Assembly (NCBI GenBank): GCA_963699255.1
Contig: OY969425.1
Span: 1,290,001 to 1,322,000 of the forward strand
Length of the DNA stretch: 32,000 nt
Origin: an uncultured bacterium
GTDB lineage: Bacteria; Margulisbacteria; WOR-1; CAVSGV01
Reading direction: 5' to 3'
Shown: in pieces, positions 7,732 through 16,528 of the stretch
Position numbering within the stretch: position 1 is the stretch's first letter
How the letters are laid out: each line of letters begins with the position of its first letter
Notes under the pieces: model-generated
What the model saw: the letters and a program-made list of their open reading frames with translations, nothing else
The model's database searches: none
Told to the model about the DNA's origin: nothing
Translations under genes and position numbers: made by a program

Positions 7732-8985
7732 ATGGGAAAAACGATTGCCGAAAAAATACTTTCCAAGCATTCCCGGCAGGATGCGCGTGCGGGCGACATC
7801 GTGATCGCGGACATAGATTTCTGCATGGGCCAGGACGGGACCTCCGGGGTCGCGATCGACGTGTTTAACAAAATGAACATCGCGAAGGTCTTTGATCCGT
7901 CAAAGATAGCCATGATCATCGATCACTCATCCCCTTCTCCCAACGAAGGCGTGTCCGCAATTCACAAAAAAATAAGAGAGTTCGCAATCGCCCAGAAAAT
8001 ATCTCTATATGATATCGGCTGCGGAGTGTGCCATCAGCTGCTGCCCGAACAGGGCCACGTGACCGCCGGCGACCTGGTGATCGGCGCGGATTCCCACACG
8101 TGCACATACGGAGCTATAAACGCTTTTTCAACGGGCGTGGGCTCGACCGACTTTGCCGCCGTAATGGCTTCCGGAAAACTCTGGTTCAAGGTTCCCCAAT
8201 CGGTCAGATATGTTTTCAAAAATAAGCTGCCTAAAGGAAGTTTTTCAAAAGACCTTATACTTTACCTTATCGGAAGGACGGGCGCCGACGGGGCAACATA
8301 TCTTTCGGCAGAATTCACCGGCGATGCCGTTGATGCCCTGTCTGTGGATGAAAGGTTCACCATCTCGAACATGGCGATCGAATTCGGAGCAAAAGCCGGC
8401 ATAATGAGAGCCGATAAAAAGGTGATGGAATACGTGAAGAAACACTCCAAGAAGATCCCCGATCCCGTTGAGCCCGACAGGGACGCGAAATATCTGAATG
8501 TGATCGATATCGATGCTTCAAGGATCGGCCCACAAGTTGCCAAGCCGCATCAGGTCGATAATGTTTCGCCTGTTGAGGAGGTTGAAGGCCTTGCGATCCA
8601 GCAGGGATTCATAGGCACCTGCACGAATGGAAGGGTGAATGATTTTGAAGCCGCCGCAAAAATACTGAAAGGCAGGAAGATAAAGGGCGGGACAAGATTG
8701 ATCCTTGCTCCGGCTTCAAAAGAAATAATGCTCGAGCTCATCAAGAAAGGGCTTTATCAATCCCTGGTGGAGTCAAGCGGGACTTTTGTGACGCCGGGTT
8801 GCGGTCCGTGCGTCGGAACTCACAATGGCGTGCCGTCCGACGGGGAAAATGTGATATCAACGGCCAACAGGAACTTTAAAGGCAGGATGGGGAATACGAA
8901 AGCCTTCATTTATCTTGGTTCGCCCGCGACCGTAGCGGCTTCTGTATTGAACGGAAAGATAACGGACCCCAGGAAATATCTATAA
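7732..8985 (+). CDS. leuC: Aconitase-family dehydratase large subunit, short (archaeal-type) LeuC/HacA form
   Basis: 417 aa. N-terminus MGKTIAEKIL. Fe-S ligand blocks GTCTNGR and PGCGPCVG. GADSHT. Confidence 0.85.
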   Translation: MGKTIAEKILSKHSRQDARAGDIVIADIDFCMGQDGTSGVAIDVFNKMNIAKVFDPSKIAMIIDHSSPSPNEGVSAIHKKIREFAIAQKISLYDIGCGVCHQLLPEQGHVTAGDLVIGADSHTCTYGAINAFSTGVGSTDFAAVMASGKLWFKVPQSVRYVFKNKLPKGSFSKDLILYLIGRTGADGATYLSAEFTGDAVDALSVDERFTISNMAIEFGAKAGIMRADKKVMEYVKKHSKKIPDPVEPDRDAKYLNVIDIDASRIGPQVAKPHQVDNVSPVEEVEGLAIQQGFIGTCTNGRVNDFEAAAKILKGRKIKGGTRLILAPASKEIMLELIKKGLYQSLVESSGTFVTPGCGPCVGTHNGVPSDGENVISTANRNFKGRMGNTKAFIYLGSPATVAASVLNGKITDPRKYL

Positions 8986-9021
8986 ATCACCCGTTTGCTT
9001 CGCTTACACCCTTTATTAATT

Positions 9022-9179
9022 GGGAAGTTTGGGATATAGGGATACGGGAATATGGTTTAGGGAATTAGGAAGTCAGGAAATTAGAGCCAGATTTTTTGTC
9101 TGAGGATATTTTCCTGTATTCCATTTATTTCCCATATCCCCAAACTTTATTCCAATATTCCTATTTCCCCATATTCCCC
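9022..9179. repeat. Long imperfect palindrome built of degenerate 7-9 nt units; probable bidirectional terminator
   Basis: G/A/T-only arm GGGAAGTTTGGGATATAGGGATACGGGAATATGG.. faces a C/T/A arm ..CCCATATCCCCAAACTTTATTCC... AAGTTTGGGATAT (9025-9037) pairs with ATATCCCCAAACTT (9134-9147), CAGGAAA (9074-9080) with TTTCCTG (9111-9117). It lies between convergent stops at 8985 and 9186. Confidence 0.55.
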
Positions 9180-9185
9180 GGTATA

Positions 9186-9728
9186 TTACTTCATCGCTTC
9201 AAGTGCAGTTACGAATTTATTAATGAACGCCTCTCTATTATTCGGGCCAGAGCTCTCTACTACGTCCTGTCCACCGGGCAACATTTCTCCATTACCACCC
9301 GGAAAATATTGCACGCACACACCGAAAGTAGCTCTCACATGTTCAGCTACCTTTTTTTCGATCTCTTTCACAACATCAGCATACCCTGCGTCAGATGGGT
9401 ATATTGGCTTATCGCTGCCGACAAGATCCCTCGAACTGATGGCGCCTGTTTTCAGGTTTATCGTCGCTATTTTACCAAGCTCCACAGTATCGCTTACACG
9501 TTTAAACAGAACCGCAGGCCGATGGGCATCTTCTTTATAATATAGCAAGAATGTATCGGTGGACACCAGATTTTTTTCCTGATCGGTATATGTAAAAGCA
9601 TTATTAAAGTATTTTTTGACTATTTTTGCGTCATATTTTTTAGGTTGCTCCACCTTTTTCATTTTTGCAAGGGCGACTGAAGCTGAATCCCTGACGCTTC
9701 CTATCGAATCCGTTCCATTTATGCTCAT
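9186..9728 (-). CDS. Hypothetical protein carrying the shared IGSVRD N-terminal module
   Basis: Start moved to ATG 9728 (AAGGAGGAAG 5 nt upstream). N-terminus MSINGTDSIGSVRDSASVALAKMKK parallels the ankyrin protein upstream. Ends in EAMK. Confidence 0.6.
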   Translation of the reverse strand: MSINGTDSIGSVRDSASVALAKMKKVEQPKKYDAKIVKKYFNNAFTYTDQEKNLVSTDTFLLYYKEDAHRPAVLFKRVSDTVELGKIATINLKTGAISSRDLVGSDKPIYPSDAGYADVVKEIEKKVAEHVRATFGVCVQYFPGGNGEMLPGGQDVVESSGPNNREAFINKFVTALEAMK

Positions 9729-9826
9729 TTTAACTTCCTCCTTATGACACACGCTTTTCCATACCGTATATCGAGGTTTCTCTAGAGGGATTTCTATTTT
9801 GAAAGAAACTCGATGTGGTAGAGTTT
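9729..9826 (-). promoter_or_regulatory. Upstream block, copy A (paralogous to 10595-10690)
   Basis: Shares TTCCTCCTTAT, ACACGC, TATATCG, GGA(T/A)TTTC and TTTTTAC in the same order with copy B. Confidence 0.4.
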
Positions 9827-10594
9827 TTACTTCATAGCCTTTCTTAATATATCCGCTGCAGCAACACACATGTCCCCCCCACTGGATGAGGTCTCTGAGT
9901 GTGATATGCCTGACAGCGCAACATGTAAAGCATCATCTCCATAATCGTTTATCATTTTTACATCTGCCCCCGCCTTAAGTAAGATTTTTATTGCTTCGGC
10001 CTGTCCCTTCCATGCGGCTTCCATTAAAGCAGTCCACCCATCATATTTTTCCGCGTTTACATTTGCTCCCTTAGCAATTAAAGTTTGCATAATATCAACA
10101 TTTCCACCCGAGGCGGCTGCCATTAAAGCGGTCCATCCATTATTGTCTGTTGCGTTCACATCTGCTTTTGCATCAACTAAGATCTTCGCGAGATCGCCAT
10201 AACCTCTTTTCGCAGCCCCCATTAATGCGGTTTCGCCGTCGTCATTATCTTTCGCGTTTACATCTGCTCCCGCAGCGATCAATGCTTTTATGACATTGAC
10301 ATGACCATTCCCCGCAGAATACACCTGGAAAGTAAATGCTCCTGTCGCATACATCAAAACAGTACATCCCAATTTATTGCGGGCGTTTACATTAGCCCCC
10401 GCGGCTATTAATGCTTTTACTTTTTTAAAATCGCCATTACTTGCGGCTTCCATTAACGGGGTAATGCCATAGCTTTTATTAAACAAAACCTCGTTTTTAT
10501 CAGCCTTTTCCGTTTCCTTTATTTTTGCAGGAACAACTAAAACTGAATCTCTTAAAACTGTATCTCTTACACTTCCTATTGCTGTCATTTTCAT
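9827..10594 (-). CDS. Ankyrin-repeat protein with IGSVRD N-terminal module
   Basis: Five to six ANK repeats (G.TALM.AA..G....L..GA.VNA). N-terminus MKMTAIGSVRDTVLRDSVLVVPAKIKE. RBS TAAGGAGGAAATG. Ends in KAMK. Confidence 0.8.
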   Translation of the reverse strand: MKMTAIGSVRDTVLRDSVLVVPAKIKETEKADKNEVLFNKSYGITPLMEAASNGDFKKVKALIAAGANVNARNKLGCTVLMYATGAFTFQVYSAGNGHVNVIKALIAAGADVNAKDNDDGETALMGAAKRGYGDLAKILVDAKADVNATDNNGWTALMAAASGGNVDIMQTLIAKGANVNAEKYDGWTALMEAAWKGQAEAIKILLKAGADVKMINDYGDDALHVALSGISHSETSSSGGDMCVAAADILRKAMK

Positions 10595-10690
10595 TTCCTC
10601 CTTATATTACACGCGTTTACGTATCTTATATCGTAGTTTACTTTGTGGAATTTCAATTTTTTTAGAAGTTTTTACTGAAGATTCTTGGGA
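10595..10690 (-). promoter_or_regulatory. Upstream block, copy B
   Basis: See 9729-9826. Minus strand contains TTGAAA (10656-10651) and CGATATAAG. Confidence 0.4.
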
Positions 10691-10694
10691 GGGA

Positions 10695-10738
10695 ATATCT
10701 GGTATCTAGTCTCCGATCTCTGGTCTCTAATCTCTACT
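10695..10738 (-). repeat. Heptamer array starting at the carB-half stop codon
   Basis: Minus strand reads TAGAGAT TAGAGAC CAGAGAT CGGAGAC TAGATAC CAGATAT (6 units). Confidence 0.55.
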
Positions 10739-12293
10739 AATAATAATCTTGCAGCGCTTTGACGCCGAAACCCTTTTTCTTCGCGGCTTCAATGCCGTTG
10801 ACCGCCGCCTGGGCACCGGAGATGGTCGTGATGAGCGGGATCGAGTGTGCATAAGCCCCTGCGCGGATCGATATCTCGTTCTGTTTCGCCCTCTTTCCTG
10901 AAGGCGTGTTGATTATCAGTTTTATGCCGCCGTTCTTGATAAGATCGGCAATGTCCGGGCTGCCTTCGCCTATCTTAAAGACCCTTTTTACTTCAAGCCC
11001 GCTGTTTTTCAGCATGTCGCATGTCCCGTGGGTAGCGATAAGCGAAAACCCGAGGTCAGAAAGTTTCTTTGCGATGAAAACCACCGATCTTTTATCCTTG
11101 TTCTTAACGGATATGAAAACTTTCCCTTTCAGCGGGAGATTTTGCCCCGCGGCGATCTGGCTCTTCATGAAGGCCGACCCGAAGTTATCGTCTATCCCCA
11201 TGACCTCGCCGGTCGATTTCATTTCGGGGCCGAGGACAGGATCAACTCCGGGGAACCGCACGAACGGAAAAACGGCTTCTTTCACCGACACGTGCTTCGG
11301 GACCACCTCGCCTTTTATTCCAAGCTGGTCAAGCGTTCTGCCGAGCATGACCTTCGTGGCGAGATTTGCCCAGGCGACGCCGGTAGCCTTTGAAACGAAC
11401 GGCACCGTTCTTGAGGCCCTTGGGTTCACTTCCAGCACATACACGATATCGTTCTTAACGGCGAACTGGATGTTCATCAGGCCGATGACGTTAAGTTCTT
11501 TCGAAAGCGCGTGAGTATTATCCCTTATCCTGTTAACCAGCTCTTCCGAGAGCGAGAACGGCGGGAGCGCGCAGGCAGAATCCCCGGAGTGGATCCCCGC
11601 TTCCTCAATGTGCTCCATTATCCCGCAGACTACGGTCCTTTTACCGTCGGATATCGCGTCGACGTCCACTTCGATCGCGTCCTCGAGGAATTTGTCGATC
11701 AGGACCGGCCTCTCCGGCGATGCCCAGACGGCCGCTGCCATGTACTCGTCCATATCGCTGTCATCATAAACCACCTTCATCGCGCGTCCGCCCAGAACGT
11801 ATGACGGCCGCACAAGGACGGGATACCCGATCTCCTTCGCGGCTTTGTGCGCCTCATCGATAGTGACCGCAGTGCCGGAATCAGGCTGGACCAGATCGAG
11901 CTTTTCTATCAGTTCCTTGAAAAGCTTCCTGTCTTCCGCCCTGTCGATCGACTCCGGGGACGTGCCAAGTATATGCACTCCGGCTTTCATAAGCGGGATA
12001 GCGAGGTTCAAGGGCGTCTGCCCTCCGAACTGGACTATCACGCCTATGGGCTTTTCCTTATCGATGATTGCAAGGACGTCTTCGCGGGTCAGAGGCTCAA
12101 AGTACAGCCTGTCGGAAGTGTCGTAGTCGGTGGAGACCGTTTCCGGGTTCGAATTGACCATTATGGAAACATATCCTTCTTCCTGGATGGCGTAGGACGC
12201 GTGTACGCAGCAGTAATCGAATTCAATGCCCTGGCCGATCCTGTTAGGACCGCCGCCTAGGACAACGACTTTTTTCTTTGCTTTCTTTGCCAT
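10737..12293 (-). CDS. carB: Carbamoyl-phosphate synthase large subunit, C-terminal half only (second ATP-grasp + MGS-like domain)
   Basis: [27 protein letters not shown] matches the start of the second CarB half. C-terminal allosteric domain [12 protein letters not shown]...IINTP. Start moved to ATG 12293 because 12310-12338 forms a promoter. Confidence 0.85.
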   Translation of the reverse strand: MAKKAKKKVVVLGGGPNRIGQGIEFDYCCVHASYAIQEEGYVSIMVNSNPETVSTDYDTSDRLYFEPLTREDVLAIIDKEKPIGVIVQFGGQTPLNLAIPLMKAGVHILGTSPESIDRAEDRKLFKELIEKLDLVQPDSGTAVTIDEAHKAAKEIGYPVLVRPSYVLGGRAMKVVYDDSDMDEYMAAAVWASPERPVLIDKFLEDAIEVDVDAISDGKRTVVCGIMEHIEEAGIHSGDSACALPPFSLSEELVNRIRDNTHALSKELNVIGLMNIQFAVKNDIVYVLEVNPRASRTVPFVSKATGVAWANLATKVMLGRTLDQLGIKGEVVPKHVSVKEAVFPFVRFPGVDPVLGPEMKSTGEVMGIDDNFGSAFMKSQIAAGQNLPLKGKVFISVKNKDKRSVVFIAKKLSDLGFSLIATHGTCDMLKNSGLEVKRVFKIGEGSPDIADLIKNGGIKLIINTPSGKRAKQNEISIRAGAYAHSIPLITTISGAQAAVNGIEAAKKKGFGVKALQDYY

Positions 12294-12309
12294 TTGATAG
12301 ACCTTTGCG

Positions 12310-12338
12310 ATTTTACCTGAAAATCGGGGTAAAGGCAA
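12310..12338 (-). promoter_or_regulatory. sigma70-type promoter of the carB half-gene
   Basis: Minus strand reads TTGCCT-N17-TAAAAT, then 16 nt including AAAGG before ATG 12293. Confidence 0.45.
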
Positions 12339-12363
12339 TTATGATAAGTTGACGGATTTGCGG

Positions 12364-13725
12364 TTAATTTTTAGCTGTATATATGGGCGCATTCGCGTAA
12401 GCAGTTTTGCCGTAAGGGATCTGGGTGATTATCCTCCCCTTGTTGTCGCAAATAATGGACGGGCCTGTGTTCCCGACATGAATGCCGTACATATCGTTCT
12501 CGATTGCCCGAAATACCATCGACGCGGTGTGTATATACGGTACCATTGAATTCCCGAATGATGCATCAGTAGAAATACAGACCAGGATTTTTGCTCCGGA
12601 TTTAGCAAGTCCACGGGCTACCTGAGGGCAAATTGATTCAAGACATATCATAGTCCCAATATTATGCAAAGCTGTTGAGCTTGGTAAAGTCACATGCCCA
12701 TTGCCTCTAGAGAGCCATTGCGTTTCAAAGAATGGGAATATCATATTTTTTCTGTAGGGCTCTGTTGTGTCCCCGTCAGTTTTAAGGATGAAAGCTATAT
12801 TGAATTTCTTTCTGTTGCTGGAATAGTCTATATATGTTGTTCCAATGAGCAGTTCAGCCCCTTTTGAAGTTATGCCCTTATGCAGACCTTCAAGGTATTC
12901 ATCATTTTGAAGAATGTAATCCCCCGCGAACTCAGGCCAGATAATAAGTTTTGGTTGTTTTTTTAAAGAATCTATCGAAATATCGGCCAGTTTGTTCTTC
13001 AAAAAGCTTTTATAAAATTTGTTTCTTTCTGCTAATGCGTAATCCCTTGAAGAAGTATTCGTCTGAATAATGACCACATCTACCGGCTTACCATTGTTTT
13101 GGGCAGAATGAAGCGACAAATATCCGTAACCAAGGTTCACAGAATGAACGATTAGCAATATCGAAAGCGATATTATCAGCGTTCTTTTATCCTTCCTCAC
13201 AAAGACGTTAGCAAGAAGTGCATTTGTAAATATGATAAGGAATGCAATGAAACATGAGCCAAATATTCTTACCGACTGTATTATTATTGGGAATTGAACA
13301 AGCGATGTTTCAATAGGAAATGGAAACGCAAAATGTATATTTGCCAATAAATAATAAAGTAAAACCCATAATGCCCCAAAGAAAAAGGGGCTTAAGCTCC
13401 AGCCGTATCTATCTGAAAGAGAGGCGGCAACTGAAAATATAATTGCACCAAAAGTACCAATAACTAGAAATACTGTAACCAGCCAGAAAGTATCTGGGTA
13501 TAATATACATATTAACTTGGCGGCATCTAAAGGAACAAGCAAGATTATTGCAAAAAGTTCCCAGAATAATAGGTTTATAAAGAAACGCTGCCAACCGAAA
13601 TATCTTTGGTTTAGCATTAAAAGTGGTACAAAACCAATGAATATACCGAGCGGAAAACTTGCGATTGGATTAGGCATTGATGCAAGGGAAAGAATTAAAC
13701 TTAGAAAAAATAGAAAGAGTTGCAT
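12364..13725 (-). CDS. lnt: Apolipoprotein N-acyltransferase
   Basis: N-terminal polytopic membrane part, then CN-hydrolase triad context IIWPEFAG (Glu), YRKNMIFPFFE (Lys), MICLESICP (Cys). Start probably MQLFLFF at 13725. Confidence 0.8.
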   Translation of the reverse strand: MQLFLFFLSLILSLASMPNPIASFPLGIFIGFVPLLMLNQRYFGWQRFFINLLFWELFAIILLVPLDAAKLICILYPDTFWLVTVFLVIGTFGAIIFSVAASLSDRYGWSLSPFFFGALWVLLYYLLANIHFAFPFPIETSLVQFPIIIQSVRIFGSCFIAFLIIFTNALLANVFVRKDKRTLIISLSILLIVHSVNLGYGYLSLHSAQNNGKPVDVVIIQTNTSSRDYALAERNKFYKSFLKNKLADISIDSLKKQPKLIIWPEFAGDYILQNDEYLEGLHKGITSKGAELLIGTTYIDYSSNRKKFNIAFILKTDGDTTEPYRKNMIFPFFETQWLSRGNGHVTLPSSTALHNIGTMICLESICPQVARGLAKSGAKILVCISTDASFGNSMVPYIHTASMVFRAIENDMYGIHVGNTGPSIICDNKGRIITQIPYGKTAYANAPIYTAKN

Positions 13726-13726
13726 A

Positions 13727-14863
13727 TTAGTACTTCGGATTGACTGAGATTCCTTGATAATTCCCATAGAATCTCTTTATGATTTTATCAGTCTTTGTAT
13801 CAAGTACTAATAATTCAGGGGCAGATGATGTTGTCTCGTGCATAAAGGATGGCCCTTTGGTCATATATAATTTACCAGGTGCTACAACTGAGAACATTAA
13901 CTGTGATTTCACCTCAAATGAACCAATAACCTTATCTGTTAATGTACTAATAACCTCAACGTTATTTTGCTCTTCAAAATCATCTCTTCTGTGAAGGACA
14001 TATATCTTATTAACTGATTTATCATATGTAACCCAGAATGGGTGAGGGCTTATTGGTATCTTTTTAATAAGCTGCCCATTTTTAAGCGAGAATACCAGTA
14101 TCTCTCTGTTTGATTTATGCCTGCCATTATTATACTCTGGGAATTTATTTGTAGCAGCAGCTATATATATCTTATTGCCAACACTGCATACCCCAAAAAG
14201 GTTTGTATAATCTTTAGGAACTTCAATTATCTTAACAACTTTTTGGGTGGTTACATCAACAACAATAATACCCCCAAAATCTGTTAAGTCATCAAGAGAC
14301 GTATGAGGGGTATTTGAATTGATAAAATCACATGTAACAAAATACGCATATTTATCCCCATCAAATGTCATAGTAAGAACTTCAACGGAACGGTATAACG
14401 GGTCATCTTTTCTAAAATATATCTTCTTAACAATTTTTTTGTTCTTTCTACCGATAATGACCACACCTCCGAACCCCCGTGTTTCATCAAAACTCTCAAC
14501 CTGAACAATTAAATAATCTTTTGTTAACGATATGTAATGAGGCCCAAATGCTGAGCCAAGGTCCTTGTATCCACTAATCTTATTTTTTTTGGGGTCGTAA
14601 TAGTATATTTTCCTGCCATAATCACTAATATAATAATAGTCGGTTATAAAGCACCCGCCGTTCTCATCAACCACCATATCATTAAACGCGTTATGATGAG
14701 GAAGCTCTATTTTTCTTGCTATTTCATTTTTAGTGGTGTCGAATTGAATAAGATATTCTGGTTCATTAGGGTTGAATCTAAGGGCATAAGCATATTCGTC
14801 GGCAAAGGTAGGGTATGAGAACATTAGTAATATTGGTAATAAAAAAAATAATTTTTTCCTCAT
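13727..14863 (-). CDS. Secreted beta-propeller-like repeat protein
   Basis: Signal peptide MRKKLFFLLPILLMFSYPTFA. Recurring blades of the form ..KIY(V/I/Y)....D..T.K.I..I. Confidence 0.5.
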   Translation of the reverse strand: MRKKLFFLLPILLMFSYPTFADEYAYALRFNPNEPEYLIQFDTTKNEIARKIELPHHNAFNDMVVDENGGCFITDYYYISDYGRKIYYYDPKKNKISGYKDLGSAFGPHYISLTKDYLIVQVESFDETRGFGGVVIIGRKNKKIVKKIYFRKDDPLYRSVEVLTMTFDGDKYAYFVTCDFINSNTPHTSLDDLTDFGGIIVVDVTTQKVVKIIEVPKDYTNLFGVCSVGNKIYIAAATNKFPEYNNGRHKSNREILVFSLKNGQLIKKIPISPHPFWVTYDKSVNKIYVLHRRDDFEEQNNVEVISTLTDKVIGSFEVKSQLMFSVVAPGKLYMTKGPSFMHETTSSAPELLVLDTKTDKIIKRFYGNYQGISVNPKY

Positions 14864-14892
14864 AACACCTACCTTTACCTTTTTCTCAACAT

Positions 14893-15828
14893 CTATAGAT
14901 TGGACGACCAATCGAAATCGTATGCTAGTGCTGGTGAGAAGTACACATTATCTGGCGAAACACCTATCCAGCTGAACAAATAGTTGCCAGGTGCTGTATC
15001 GCGCAGTTTTGAAGCTGAGCCCACGGATGTTCTTCTGGTGTTCAAATCTAGATATGGCCTGAAAGTGTTCCACACCAGTTTAGAACAATACATGGAGCTT
15101 AGGTCGTTCTTGTCGCACCATTTAATGACAAAGCTGACTAAGGTTTGACCGGTTTGCACCTTTGGCAGATATGGCAGATTCTGATATCCTGCTACTCCCT
15201 GTTGAATCGCTGCATATTTCTGGCTTGAAGAAAGCCCGTTTATGCGTTTACAGGTATAATAACCAAAACCCGACCACTGGTCTGGAACTTTATGCTCCAG
15301 TACCCCGTTATCCAGTGTTGAATCAAAAATTTGATTTTGATTTGGGTCTGTTACAATAACAACATGTGTCCAGCTTGTAAAGAATTGAGCGAAGGTGTTC
15401 ATTTTGTCATCGCCACGGGTAAAGATTAGGTCTCCTGCGGAAAGGTCACCTCTATACCTATTCCAATCAAAAGGATTATTCTGGCCACTTTGCCAGTTAT
15501 AGCATATATGTGTACTGTCAATTTTGAAATTGGATGGATGGGCCTTTATCTGGGCGGAGATCCAGTTATTCTTTGACGCACATAAGGAATAGTCTAAAAG
15601 ATAAGGTAAGTCAACATATGCATTGCTTGGTGGGCTTGCGTTCTCAAAATGAAAACGTTCATTATCCCTTATATAGCCTCTTAAGTCTTCGAAGGAATAA
15701 TATGTCGGCCCCGAACTGCCTCCACCACCACTATCACCGTAAGGGCCTGTCGAAGTTGCGAATGAAATGGCCGGGGATAAAAGAAGTGCCACAAGCATAC
15801 AAACGAAAACAATATTCAATCTTTTCAT
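14893..15828 (-). CDS. Secreted permuted papain-fold (NlpC/P60 superfamily, YiiX/YaeF C92-like) amidase
   Basis: Signal peptide MKRLNIVFVCMLVALLLSPAISFA. Permuted order GDLIF..WTHVVIV (His)..MYCSKLVWNTF (Cys). Upstream AGGAGG overlaps the previous stop. Confidence 0.6.
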   Translation of the reverse strand: MKRLNIVFVCMLVALLLSPAISFATSTGPYGDSGGGGSSGPTYYSFEDLRGYIRDNERFHFENASPPSNAYVDLPYLLDYSLCASKNNWISAQIKAHPSNFKIDSTHICYNWQSGQNNPFDWNRYRGDLSAGDLIFTRGDDKMNTFAQFFTSWTHVVIVTDPNQNQIFDSTLDNGVLEHKVPDQWSGFGYYTCKRINGLSSSQKYAAIQQGVAGYQNLPYLPKVQTGQTLVSFVIKWCDKNDLSSMYCSKLVWNTFRPYLDLNTRRTSVGSASKLRDTAPGNYLFSWIGVSPDNVYFSPALAYDFDWSSNL

Positions 15829-15843
15829 CACTTTATCCACCTC

Positions 15844-16482
15844 CTACTGCGTAATACTCCCGACAAAATCGTTCATCTTATCAACCGGAATACTTACTGA
15901 TTCAGCGCTTGCCGTCCCGTCATCTCCGGAAACAAGCGTATAACCAACGACCGAGGCTTCGAGCGGCGTCATGCCAGGGTTATTGTCGGGATTGATGTTC
16001 GGCATAGAACTCTCAACGGCCGTCTGAACTTTTGAAACAATATCATCATCAACCTTTACCCCTCCTGAGGCCCCTAGAGCGTTGATATTGTCGGTTATTG
16101 TTCCTACATCGACTAAAGAGGCAGCATCACTGTTATCATCCGAACAAACACTACTGCCCACTTTCCTCGCTAGTGCTTCTTTTTTAGCTATCTTCTGTAA
16201 TACAGCCGGGCTTAAAAGAGCACCAAGCGATTGGACCGTTGTGCCGGAAGCGGACTTATCCAGCCTTGATCCCACATATCCTACGAATGAATTAACCGCG
16301 TTTCCCGCGCTGGCCTCGTCGCTTATCGCGCCAAGCTGCTTATTGAATTCCCTAACCTGCGGATTATTCGCTTTCGATATAAATGTCTTTTCAGTCACAT
16401 CTCCCCTCGTTCCTGTCATCTGGCCGCAGCCGCTGACCAAAAAGACCAGAGCCATACAGATCAACAAAATAACATATCTCAT
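15844..16482 (-). CDS. Hypothetical lipoprotein
   Basis: MRYVILLICMALVFLVSGC lipobox. RBS GAAAAGGAGGTG. Gly/Ser/Asp-rich mature part. Confidence 0.65.
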   Translation of the reverse strand: MRYVILLICMALVFLVSGCGQMTGTRGDVTEKTFISKANNPQVREFNKQLGAISDEASAGNAVNSFVGYVGSRLDKSASGTTVQSLGALLSPAVLQKIAKKEALARKVGSSVCSDDNSDAASLVDVGTITDNINALGASGGVKVDDDIVSKVQTAVESSMPNINPDNNPGMTPLEASVVGYTLVSGDDGTASAESVSIPVDKMNDFVGSITQ

Positions 16483-16511
16483 TTTTCACACCTCCTTTTC
16501 GGATATAGACA

Positions 16512-16528
16512 TAGCAATTTTCATGCCA
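16512..16528 (-). promoter_or_regulatory. sigma54 (-24/-12) promoter of the lipoprotein-amidase-propeller-lnt operon
   Basis: Minus strand reads TGGCATGAAAATTGCTA. The GC element sits about 32 nt upstream of ATG 16482. Confidence 0.6.

Noticed and set aside
9022-9179. The periodic tracts here, and at 10695-10738, 17076-17105, 23323-23386, 24078-24160 and 26072-26181, could be CRISPR arrays.
   Set aside because: The unit length is 7-9 nt with no unique spacers. CRISPR repeats are 25-40 nt separated by spacers of similar size. No cas genes are in the window.
9096-9545. A 149-aa plus-strand ORF starts inside the palindromic tract.
   Set aside because: Its first third translates the low-complexity repeat. 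The rest is antisense to the 181-aa cassette gene, which has the RBS and the conserved leader.
12294-12338. The carB half-gene has a longer tracked start, [15 protein letters not shown].
   Set aside because: The extension overlaps a TTGCCT-N17-TAAAAT promoter, and CarB homology starts at [15 protein letters not shown]. The 12338 start cannot be fully excluded.
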